DNA from: Nanobdellota archaeon
Lineage (GTDB): Archaea > Nanobdellota > Nanobdellia > Pacearchaeales > GW2011-AR1
DNA: 64,000 nt
Reading direction: 5' to 3'
Assembly: GCA_024654565.1 (NCBI GenBank)
Contig: JANLHM010000005.1
Span: 9,239-73,238, forward strand
The position numbers and the translations under genes were made by a program. Under the pieces are notes generated by a model. The model saw only the letters and a program-made list of their open reading frames with translations, was not told the origin of the DNA and did not search any database. Positions 18,311 to 27,023 of the stretch are shown piece by piece (positions within the stretch are counted from its first letter, which is position 1; the number at the start of each line of letters is the position of its first letter).

Positions 18311-19354
18311 TTACCTTTTAAGGAGTGCACCCGAAGTCCTTCTTGCTTTTGAAAATTTAAAAAAGAAAAACCATATTAAAAATAGTGCGGCCGCTCCTAG
18401 AAGTATCCACCCAATAGTTGACCAGCTTGAACTTTCTTCTGTTTTTGGGACACAATTTCCAGGACAACACTGAGCATCCTTTCCATCTATAAGACTTTCT
18501 TCACACTTTTCTTCATTTGTGCAAATGTCAAACCCTAGTTCAGAGCAAGTCCTTAAATCATTATTGTTTGACATGTTGTTCACAGTATTGTTTGAAAGGT
18601 TATTTTCTTCTGATTCATTATTTCCCCCTCCAAAAATAATTTCCCACCAATTCCCCCCATTTGTTTCATTTTCTTCTTCCTCTTCGGGATCTGTTCCATT
18701 GTAAAACGTTTCATTTGAATATGGTTCACCTTCTATTTCTGGAAGGTTTATGTAAACTAGGGAAGAATAAGTTTCATTCTCAAAAGTGTAAAAAACCTTT
18801 TGAAACTTTGTTCCCCCATAATTCACTAAATTTATTTTCTTTAATTCTCCTGAATTCAAACTTATTACTTCTTCAGGATACCCTTCAACGTTGTATGAGA
18901 TGTTTATCCTTAGGGGGTTTAGGTTCATTAATGAAAGGTCATAGGTATAATTTCCTGGAATTTTGAAAGGAGGTGAAACTTTAACAAAAGAAATTTTATC
19001 AAGAACAATAAACTCTTTTGTAACACTGTCTTCCCTAAACTCTTCCCCTACCCAGTATTTAGCCCCAATTATTCTAACTGAATAATTTCCTGGAGTTCTC
19101 CCTGTTGGGACTGTAGCTGAAACAATATAAGTATTTTCATCTATTTTAGAAAGGCTCATTTCTTCAAACTCAGTTAAACTGTTTTCCCTGTAAAACTTAA
19201 TATTTGAAAGGCTTATTGAATTGTAAAAGTTCCCCGAAACAACTCCAATAAAACTTTCTCCTCCTGAATAAGCTTCATTTGTTTCAATTGTGAGTGCCGA
19301 AACAATACTAAAAAGAACAATAAAAATAAAGAATGCACAAAACACTTTTTTCAT
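18311..19354 (-). CDS. C-terminally anchored surface protein with one Cys-rich module
   Basis: 347 aa. Signal peptide, beta-rich body, DPEEEEENE/Asn-rich linker, module CSELGFDICTNEEKCEESLIDGKDAQCC, then a TM helix and basic tail (..KFSKARRTSGALLKR). Confidence 0.7.
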   Translation of the reverse strand: MKKVFCAFFIFIVLFSIVSALTIETNEAYSGGESFIGVVSGNFYNSISLSNIKFYRENSLTEFEEMSLSKIDENTYIVSATVPTGRTPGNYSVRIIGAKYWVGEEFREDSVTKEFIVLDKISFVKVSPPFKIPGNYTYDLSLMNLNPLRINISYNVEGYPEEVISLNSGELKKINLVNYGGTKFQKVFYTFENETYSSLVYINLPEIEGEPYSNETFYNGTDPEEEEENETNGGNWWEIIFGGGNNESEENNLSNNTVNNMSNNNDLRTCSELGFDICTNEEKCEESLIDGKDAQCCPGNCVPKTEESSSWSTIGWILLGAAALFLIWFFFFKFSKARRTSGALLKR

Positions 19355-19395
19355 AAATAAACAAAATATCCTTTTCTTTTAAAGATTTCTTAATT

Positions 19396-21501
19396 TTATT
19401 TTCCTATTTCTTTTAATCTCTTAAGAACCGCGTCAAGTTCTTCAGGGGACTTCTTTGGAAGAGGTCTTTGAACTGGTCTAGATGGAGATGGCACCATTTT
19501 TCTTGGAATTGGAGACCCCATCTTCGGACTTCTTGAATATTCTGGGGGGAACCTTGGAGGAAATCCTCTTCCTGGAAGAGGTCTGTTTCCACTACTTCTT
19601 GCTTTTGACTTATCAAAATACTCTTTTATCTTATCCCTATAGAGAATTGCAACAACTATTAGTATCACGAGGGCAAACAAAACCCATATCCACCAATAAC
19701 TTCCCCCTGAAGAAGATGAAGACTCGATACAACACACTTGAGTTCCGCTACATGAAAATTCACTTGTTGATTCATATCCTGAGCCACATGATGAACTACA
19801 AAAACCTAAATTGTCTTCACAAGTAAACTCTTCAGCTTCTAATTCACAATTTCCAGGCTGAAGGCAACAGGACTCTCCGTAATTTAAGTCATCAGTATTA
19901 AGAACGCTTCCTCCCGAACAATACTGGATGTTAGAACAAACTGTTCCTCCTTCTGATGAACAAAATGTTTGTGTGGGTTCGGTGTCACAACACTTCAATG
20001 CTCCTACACATTCATATTGAGGAAGAAGACTTCCCCCTGAACTTGTACATTGGGAACTAAATCCACAGGTAAAATTTTCAAGCTCACATTCTGATTCCCC
20101 TCCGCCTGAACCCAAGTCACAACAAACTTTAGAATCTGAACACAATCCATTTGTAACAGTTCCTGAACATGAATCAATATTGTTAACACAGGCATTTCCT
20201 TGCTCTGAACAAGTTTCATCCTCCTCAATTGGAGTCGGGTCACAGCAGACTGTACCCGCTGAACAACTGTATTCACTTCTTAACATTCCGCTACATGAAG
20301 TGTCAACGCCTATACAACCAAATCCAGCTTGGGAACAAGTGAGTCCTCCGACACCGCCCCCTCTTGGCCAGATTGAATAAAGTATGAAAGCATTTGAAAG
20401 AATGTTGTCGTTATCCCAACATCCATTTTCCCCTTGATAAGTAAGAAGCCATGTTTTTGAATTTTGTTTTTCTGGAAGAGTATTTACTCCCTGAAATGGT
20501 AAAAGGGCTAGTGCAGTGTCATAATACTTTCCCCTTCCCCCTGCAATTTCCCAATAATATTGGTCAAACACATGTTTTTGTTTTGTTAAAATTTCAGTTT
20601 TATGTTCGATTTTATTTGTTAACATATACAAAAATGATGAAGGGAAGGTATTCTGATTAACAGAAGCGAGGCTTGTTAAATAAGGAATAAACCTTAAAAC
20701 AGACTCATCCAATGAATCTAAAACTAAAGTTGTCCAAAGAGTTCCAAGGTAATTGCAACTTCCTGCACTCTTAAAGCAGAATGAACTTATTTTTTCAGTT
20801 GTGTCTCCTCCGCTTGATGCAGAGTGCACTTCGTCAGAAAGGTGGTAAGTTTGAGAAGTCTTTTCTCTATAAACTAAAGTAGTAATAAAATCTTTGCCAC
20901 ATGAAATCTGAAAAGTTCGGTCAAAACAATTTCCATTAATTTTAAACCAATAGTCATTGTTTGCTCTGGTCAAACATGCACCTGCGTTAGAACTTAATTT
21001 TTTATTTTCTGCGATGTCAAAAGTGTATTCGTCATACGGATTAAAAGATGAGCCCTGTCTTGGAACAAGGACAGTGCATGTCAAAGCTTGCTCTCCTCCT
21101 CCACTGTTATCAATCTGAAGGAACCAATCTAAATCTGTTGAAATTCCTTCCTGACTAAGAAGCCAAGCTTTTGGAAGAGTAATGTTTTCATCTACACTGT
21201 CTAGTGCAAGAACTGCTTTTGCAGTTGTTTCAAGGTCACAAGAAGATTGACCTTTATTCTTTGGCCAACACTCTCCATCCCCAAGAGTATCATTCAATAA
21301 AGAATCTTTACATTCTCCAACTGAAAGAAGCGAAAATATTTTTTGTTCAATAGTTAAATTTGAACAGGTTTCGTTTCCAATTTGATTTTCAAGACATAAA
21401 TATGCCTCTTCAACCTGATCAGATTCCGCAGAATGAACTCCCGCAATTAGAAAGACTGAAATTAAAACAGTAACAGCGAGTATCCCTACCTCTTTTCTCA
21501 T
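19396..21501 (-). CDS. type I membrane surface protein: alpha/alpha-toroid-like domain, five 6-Cys modules, TM helix, Pro-rich cytoplasmic tail
   Basis: 701 aa. Signal peptide (..AGVHSAES). QW-type motif WLLTYQGENGCW as in prenyltransferase/squalene-cyclase repeats. Residues 389-591 hold five tandem C-x6-C-x5/6-C-x8-12-C-x5-CC modules. TM helix WWIWVLFALVILIVVAILY. Tail rich in PxxP. Confidence 0.75.
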   Translation of the reverse strand: MRKEVGILAVTVLISVFLIAGVHSAESDQVEEAYLCLENQIGNETCSNLTIEQKIFSLLSVGECKDSLLNDTLGDGECWPKNKGQSSCDLETTAKAVLALDSVDENITLPKAWLLSQEGISTDLDWFLQIDNSGGGEQALTCTVLVPRQGSSFNPYDEYTFDIAENKKLSSNAGACLTRANNDYWFKINGNCFDRTFQISCGKDFITTLVYREKTSQTYHLSDEVHSASSGGDTTEKISSFCFKSAGSCNYLGTLWTTLVLDSLDESVLRFIPYLTSLASVNQNTFPSSFLYMLTNKIEHKTEILTKQKHVFDQYYWEIAGGRGKYYDTALALLPFQGVNTLPEKQNSKTWLLTYQGENGCWDNDNILSNAFILYSIWPRGGGVGGLTCSQAGFGCIGVDTSCSGMLRSEYSCSAGTVCCDPTPIEEDETCSEQGNACVNNIDSCSGTVTNGLCSDSKVCCDLGSGGGESECELENFTCGFSSQCTSSGGSLLPQYECVGALKCCDTEPTQTFCSSEGGTVCSNIQYCSGGSVLNTDDLNYGESCCLQPGNCELEAEEFTCEDNLGFCSSSCGSGYESTSEFSCSGTQVCCIESSSSSGGSYWWIWVLFALVILIVVAILYRDKIKEYFDKSKARSSGNRPLPGRGFPPRFPPEYSRSPKMGSPIPRKMVPSPSRPVQRPLPKKSPEELDAVLKRLKEIGK

Positions 21502-21579
21502 TCTTAAACTATATCAACTGTCCTTTTAAATATTTCTCAACTTTATTGTTTATTTATATTTTGAAGATAAAGAAAACTT

Positions 21580-23118
21580 TTACTTATTTTTATTTTCTAA
21601 AAAGTTTTTTCTAACAGTGTAATTGACGGGATTCTTCAACCTTATTTCTTCCTGATTTGGAACTGCCCCAAGACCATTGTAAAATTCACTTGAAAAATTT
21701 GGAGGCATCAATGGTTTTCTTTTGTAGCTCCATTCCAGCTGAGAACCGATATACCCTTTTTTTAGGGGAACTTCATTTTTGTCATTCCATTCATAAATTC
21801 TTTTTTCAAGTTCTTCTTTTTCCATCCCGATACTTCTAAAAAAATTAATGAGTGCAAAAACTGCTCTTTTCTTTCCATCTCCCACACCTTCAAGAATTTT
21901 AAGAATTACAGGAGGGAACTCTGAGTCTTTTAAGTTCTCAAGTTTTACTGATTTATAATTTTGATATTTCCCTTCTGCTTTTTTTTCATAATCTTTGTCT
22001 AGCCCCGCTGACTTAATCCAATCAAGAGCTTGCATAACAAACTCTGCAGATTCATTTTCTTCTGAAGGAGGCATAAAGTCCTTTATTTTTATTCTCAATG
22101 GATCTGCATCACTAAGTTTAAAATTTTTAAGTTCCTCGTAACTAAGTACAACACTTACAAGAGCTGACTTTTCATGAAGGGAATAAGGCATTCTAAAAAG
22201 ATGCCTTGGTGAAACAAGAACAAGGTCAAGACCCATAAGAGAATAAAGGTCTTTTTCTTCACGAGTGAAGTTTTCAGGGTTTTTTATTGAATTGAGATCA
22301 CACCTTTCACACTCAAGAAATTTGTCAAGAGGTTTAAATTTGAGTTCATTTTTACATTTGTAACACTTTGGAAGGCTTCCTCTTGTTCCCATCCTGAACT
22401 TCCTTATTTCAAAAATTTGACACTTTTCACACCTGAATTCAACATTACGATATTCTTGAGAGAAATTTCTGCACTTTTTACATATAAACCCGGTTTTCAA
22501 ACTTTTGGCAAAATCCTTTTCAAAATCAACATCCAGTTTTGACTTTAAAATTGAAGCAGAATAGTTTTTCATGTAAAGAACTAAACTTCGAGGGAGTTCC
22601 GGGAAAAGGTCTTTCGTTTCAAGACCGTTTATATTTTTTGGGAATGACTTCCATGGTAAAAGTATATGGAACCCTTTAGAACCACTGAATTTAATCCCTA
22701 CATTTTTTATTCCATGCTGGTTAAAGGATTCAACAATTGATTCAGCTGCTAGTTTTGAATATTTTATCCCGTGTTCACAGTCTATATCAATAAGGAGGTC
22801 CCAACCGACTCGGAGTTCATCAGCATCTTTTTTGTCCATTCCGGTTTTTATTTTTAGTGGGTCTTTCCAGAGTTCTTCTGAACAATGAAATGAAGTTGCA
22901 CCTCTTTTTGCAAGACCTAAAACATCCCCCCTAAACTGTAAAGTGTCGGGTCTCTTTCCAAAACCTTCAAAATATCTTGGAGAAATTTCCCTATTTTTTG
23001 AAAATTTAAAAATTGAATCTTGAACATCCGACCTTGAATAATAAAACTGGGTGATTTTCCTTATATTTTTTTCTTTTTGACTTTGCATTCCACCCGGTTT
23101 AGTCTCTATTTCTTCCAT
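21580..23118 (-). CDS. priS: DNA primase catalytic subunit PriS with Zn-ribbon insert and fused PriL-CTD-like domain
   Basis: 512 aa. AEP motifs DLLIDID, SGSKGFHILLPW and LVSPRHLFRMPYSLHEKS. Four CxxC pairs. The C-terminal ~110 aa (FPPVILKILEG..KRAVFALINFFRSIGMEKEE..PPNFSS) resemble the PriL C-terminal domain. Confidence 0.8.
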   Translation of the reverse strand: MEEIETKPGGMQSQKEKNIRKITQFYYSRSDVQDSIFKFSKNREISPRYFEGFGKRPDTLQFRGDVLGLAKRGATSFHCSEELWKDPLKIKTGMDKKDADELRVGWDLLIDIDCEHGIKYSKLAAESIVESFNQHGIKNVGIKFSGSKGFHILLPWKSFPKNINGLETKDLFPELPRSLVLYMKNYSASILKSKLDVDFEKDFAKSLKTGFICKKCRNFSQEYRNVEFRCEKCQIFEIRKFRMGTRGSLPKCYKCKNELKFKPLDKFLECERCDLNSIKNPENFTREEKDLYSLMGLDLVLVSPRHLFRMPYSLHEKSALVSVVLSYEELKNFKLSDADPLRIKIKDFMPPSEENESAEFVMQALDWIKSAGLDKDYEKKAEGKYQNYKSVKLENLKDSEFPPVILKILEGVGDGKKRAVFALINFFRSIGMEKEELEKRIYEWNDKNEVPLKKGYIGSQLEWSYKRKPLMPPNFSSEFYNGLGAVPNQEEIRLKNPVNYTVRKNFLENKNK

Positions 23119-23197
23119 TCAAAAATAAGGTCCTAAAAGATTTATATAATTAGTTATGAATGAAAATCCTTATATAATTCGTTATAGATAAAAAATT

Positions 23198-23416
23198 ATG
23201 ACAAATTTTGAATATAACAGACTAAATTACCGAAATACCCCTCTAAATTTTTATGTGAACCCATTTACAATGAAATACCTTCTAGAGAAATTTGAAAGTG
23301 ATGGGAACAATAAAAATTATAAGTTTAACAGTGCATGGAACGAGATAATGGATATGCAAAGAAGTACATATGAAGATTATTCAAACGGAAAAAAGAAAAA
23401 GAAAAGATATAATTAG
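23198..23416 (+). CDS. hypothetical protein
   Basis: 72-aa ORF between primase and PCNA. No motif recognised. Confidence 0.35.
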   Translation: MTNFEYNRLNYRNTPLNFYVNPFTMKYLLEKFESDGNNKNYKFNSAWNEIMDMQRSTYEDYSNGKKKKKRYN

Positions 23417-23436
23417 TATGTGTAATTTAATAATAA

Positions 23437-23697
23437 ATGAAAAAAATTTTCAAGAAAAAACTGTTATCTACCCTTACTTTTTCAGCCGTTGCATCAATAC
23501 TCTTAATATTACATGGGATCTTTTTTGATTTTGACTTTTCCCAGATAAGTCGAATTACAATTGAAGGATTTTTGTTTACTTTTATACTCACTTTCTTAGC
23601 ATTAATTATTTTGGAGAAAATTTTCGATCTTGAAGAGCATGAAGAGATAGTTAAACTAAGGGAAAGAGTTTCTAAACTTGAAAAAAATAAAAGTTAA
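23437..23697 (+). CDS. small membrane protein (hypothetical)
   Basis: 86-aa ORF with two hydrophobic helices and a charged C-terminal helix. Confidence 0.45.
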   Translation: MKKIFKKKLLSTLTFSAVASILLILHGIFFDFDFSQISRITIEGFLFTFILTFLALIILEKIFDLEEHEEIVKLRERVSKLEKNKS

Positions 23698-23752
23698 TAG
23701 TTCTCTTTAAAAGCATCAAAATACTTAAAAAAGGAACCAAACTTGAATAAAC

Positions 23753-24481
23753 ATGAAACTTAAACTTGAGGACTCAACACTTTTTACAAAATCGATTGAA
23801 TTGATGTCGGAATTAGTTCTTGAAGTGAGGGTAAAGTTGAGCGAATTTGGGCTTTCTGTTGTCGCAATTGACCCGGGAAACATTTCGATGGTTTCACTTA
23901 AAATTCCAAAAAGTGCATTTAAGGAGTTTGAGTCTGGGGAAGAAGTTTTAGGAATAAACCTTGAGCAATTTAAAAAAATACTCAGAAGATGTGGAAAAAC
24001 AAGTTCACTTATACTTGAAAAAAAAGAAAATAACCTTGAAATAAAAATTGAGGACAAAATAAAAAGAACATTTAACCTTAATTTAATTGAAGTTGAAAGA
24101 GAAGACAAGGAATTTCCTGAACACCTTGAATTTTCTTCTAAAGTAACAATTAACTCCCCTGACTTAATCGACGCTATTGAAGACTCCTTAGTCGTTTCAG
24201 ACGCGTGTTCATTTATAATTGAAGAAAAAAAATTTATAATTGAAGCAAAAGAAACTAATTCTTCAAAAACAGAATTTTCAACGGATGAAGTTGAAATTGA
24301 GGCTGAAGACTGTCGTTCAAGGTACAGCCTTGAATATCTTCAGAAGTTTACAAAAGCAGGAAAAAGTTTTCCAAAAACAATCTTAAAATTTTCAGAAGAC
24401 CATCCTTTAAGAATTGATTTTATTTCTGAACACTTGTCTTTAAGTTTCTTACTTGCTCCAAGAGTTGAGACCGAAGACTAA
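23753..24481 (+). CDS. pcn: DNA polymerase sliding clamp PCNA
   Basis: 242 aa. Typical archaeal PCNA length and blocks (..LSVVAIDPGNISMVSLKIP.., ..RYSLEYLQKFTKAGK.., ..PLRIDF..). Confidence 0.9.
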   Translation: MKLKLEDSTLFTKSIELMSELVLEVRVKLSEFGLSVVAIDPGNISMVSLKIPKSAFKEFESGEEVLGINLEQFKKILRRCGKTSSLILEKKENNLEIKIEDKIKRTFNLNLIEVEREDKEFPEHLEFSSKVTINSPDLIDAIEDSLVVSDACSFIIEEKKFIIEAKETNSSKTEFSTDEVEIEAEDCRSRYSLEYLQKFTKAGKSFPKTILKFSEDHPLRIDFISEHLSLSFLLAPRVETED

Positions 24482-24654
24482 CACTTTAGAAAAAAAAGAG
24501 TATTGATTAGGAGTGTTGTAAAACATGATTAGTATCGCAAAATATGGTTTATGCAACCTAAGGGAGATTTATTCCCTATGGTCTTTACCCCTTACAATTA
24601 ATTTTATCAAATGTAAAGGGTAAGATTTATAAAGCTCTTTTTCCTAAAGAAAAT

Positions 24655-25659
24655 ATGGTTTACATATATAAAAAAAGCGCAGGGAAAAAGAATTATTATT
24701 ACCTAAGAATATCAAAAAGAAAAGGGAAAAAAATAATTACAAAAGACCTTGCTTATTTAGGCGGGACTATAAAAGAAGCAAGAAAAAAGCTTTCAAATTT
24801 GTCTTCCCATAAAGAAGAGATAAGAAAAGCATACAGAAATTTGAACATTTTTTTAGATACAAATTATTACCTTGAAAAAATAAAAGACCTAAAATTAAAA
24901 AAGAATGAATTTCTGGGTAAAAAGTTGGAAGAAATTGAGGCCTGTAGACTCCATTTTCAAGAAAAATTTCAAAATCTGGATAAATTGACAAAAAGAGAGA
25001 TTATGAAAAATTTCCTAATTGAATTTGCATATAACTCAACCTCAATCGAGGGAAATACCATAAATTTGGAAGAAGCTAAACATCTTTTACAAGAAGGGTT
25101 GACACCAAAGGATAAAACTCTTAGAGAGATATATGATTTAAAAAATACTGAAAGTGTTTTTTTTGAATTATACGAATCAAATTTCAAAGAAGAATTAACA
25201 CACAATTCCATAATCAAAATTCATGAAAAGCTCATGGAAAATGTTGATGCAAGAAAAGGATACAGAAATTCTGATGTTAGGGTTATAAGAAGTAATTTTG
25301 ATGCTTCCCCTGCACCATATGTGAAGACTGACATGGATTTATTGTTAAAATGGTATAAAAATAATGAGAAAAAAATTCACCCTTTTGTTCTTTCAACAAT
25401 ATTTCACCATAAATTTGAAAAGATTCATCCATTTATGGATGGAAATGGAAGAACTGGCAGAATGATTATGAATCTTATTCTTTTGAAAAAGGGATATCCC
25501 CCAATAGTAATAAGGAAAAAATTCAGGAAAGAATATTTAGATTCCATGAGAATTGCAGATAAAAGTAATTTAAATTCCTCAAAAAAAGAAGATTACCTAA
25601 ATCTTGTTCAATTTAGTGCAAACGAATTAACTGAAAATTATTGGAATTTATTTTTATAA
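24655..25659 (+). CDS. Fic-domain protein (AMPylase family) with internal inhibitory motif
   Basis: HPFMDGNGRTGR matches the Fic motif HxFx(D/E)GNGRxxR. Upstream STSIEGN fits the [ST]xxxE[GN] auto-inhibition helix. Confidence 0.9.
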   Translation: MVYIYKKSAGKKNYYYLRISKRKGKKIITKDLAYLGGTIKEARKKLSNLSSHKEEIRKAYRNLNIFLDTNYYLEKIKDLKLKKNEFLGKKLEEIEACRLHFQEKFQNLDKLTKREIMKNFLIEFAYNSTSIEGNTINLEEAKHLLQEGLTPKDKTLREIYDLKNTESVFFELYESNFKEELTHNSIIKIHEKLMENVDARKGYRNSDVRVIRSNFDASPAPYVKTDMDLLLKWYKNNEKKIHPFVLSTIFHHKFEKIHPFMDGNGRTGRMIMNLILLKKGYPPIVIRKKFRKEYLDSMRIADKSNLNSSKKEDYLNLVQFSANELTENYWNLFL

Positions 25660-25674
25660 AATTTAATTAATGTT

Positions 25675-26898
25675 TTATTTCTTCGGGAGAAGGGTGAAAG
25701 TTGAGTAATTTCCGTCGACAACTTCTTTTGCAAGTCTTTTGACAGCTTCAAGTTTTACTGCCTTAATTCTTTTAGGAAAATTATAAAATTCCTCAGCATT
25801 TCCAAAATTAATTTCACTCATTGCAAGACCAAATTCTTCATTTTCGCATGATTCAAGGTCCAAAAGAGAATCTCCGAGAAGTTTCTCTTTTGAAGAATTC
25901 AATTCACTTTTCTTCAGGTTTTTTGAAACATCAAAAAATTCTTCAATAATTGCTTTTTTAACCTTAGGAATATTGTTTTTTGAGCATCCAAATTCAAACT
26001 TAGAAAAGGAATAGAATGGAGTATCTTCAACATCTCCATCAGAACTGTAAACTATTGCCTCATTATGTCTTAATCGCCGATATAACCTTGAGGAAGTGCC
26101 CCCATTTAATACCCAGTACAGAACAATTGAGGAGTATATTTCTTTTTCAGTTGATAAAGGGGAATAATGTAAAAAAGCAAATCTTGACTGCTCAATATCT
26201 TTCTTATATTCAACAATGTGAGAAATTTTCTTTTTTATCTCGGGAACTTCTTTTTTTTGGAAAGTTTCTTTTTTGAAAGATTTTTCTATTTTTTTCTTTA
26301 ATTTCTTAAAATCATAATTTCCAACAACTGAAACAATCAAGTTATTGGGAGAAAAAACTTCTCTATATTTTTTAAACAAGTCATTTCTTTTAAATTTCTT
26401 CAAATTTTCTTTTGTCCCAATAAGAGGGATAGAGAAAGGAGGAAGGTATAATGTACTTTCCATTTTTTCAGAAACATATTGCTCTGGGCTGTCATTCACC
26501 ATGTCCATCTCTTCAAACACGACTTTTCTTTCTTTTTCAATATCTTTTTCATTGAAAAGGGAATTTTTGACAATGTCTATAAGTATGTCTAAACTCCTAT
26601 TTGTAAATTTACTTGGCGACTTAATCCACACCTTTACATAAGCACTTGAAGTGGCTGCATTAAATTCCCCTCCTGATTCTTCAATCTCTAAATCGAATTC
26701 TTCCCCAGTTTTACTTTTTGTTCCTTTAAGTAAAAGGTGCTCCATAAGGTGAGTCAAACCTTTTTCTTTTTCACTTTCATAGACCGCCCCAATTTTTGAA
26801 GTAATAGAAACAAAACAAACAGGAAAATCCCTTTTCTCAAAAAGTAGGGTAACTCCATTAGGAAGAACTTCACGCCTAAAATTTTTTCTTAAATCCAT
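25675..26898 (-). CDS. M16 (pitrilysin/insulinase) family zinc peptidase
   Basis: 407 aa with the HxxEH inverted zincin motif (GLTHLMEHLLLKG). Confidence 0.85.
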   Translation of the reverse strand: MDLRKNFRREVLPNGVTLLFEKRDFPVCFVSITSKIGAVYESEKEKGLTHLMEHLLLKGTKSKTGEEFDLEIEESGGEFNAATSSAYVKVWIKSPSKFTNRSLDILIDIVKNSLFNEKDIEKERKVVFEEMDMVNDSPEQYVSEKMESTLYLPPFSIPLIGTKENLKKFKRNDLFKKYREVFSPNNLIVSVVGNYDFKKLKKKIEKSFKKETFQKKEVPEIKKKISHIVEYKKDIEQSRFAFLHYSPLSTEKEIYSSIVLYWVLNGGTSSRLYRRLRHNEAIVYSSDGDVEDTPFYSFSKFEFGCSKNNIPKVKKAIIEEFFDVSKNLKKSELNSSKEKLLGDSLLDLESCENEEFGLAMSEINFGNAEEFYNFPKRIKAVKLEAVKRLAKEVVDGNYSTFTLLPKK

Positions 26899-27023
26899 TT
26901 TACAAAAAAGATTTTGAAATTATATAAAATTAATGTTTTTGCGACTTCGAAAAAAATATTTTGGAACAAACTACTTCTTCCCAAAATTATTGAAATATTT
27001 ATAAATACAAAAATCCTTAGAAA

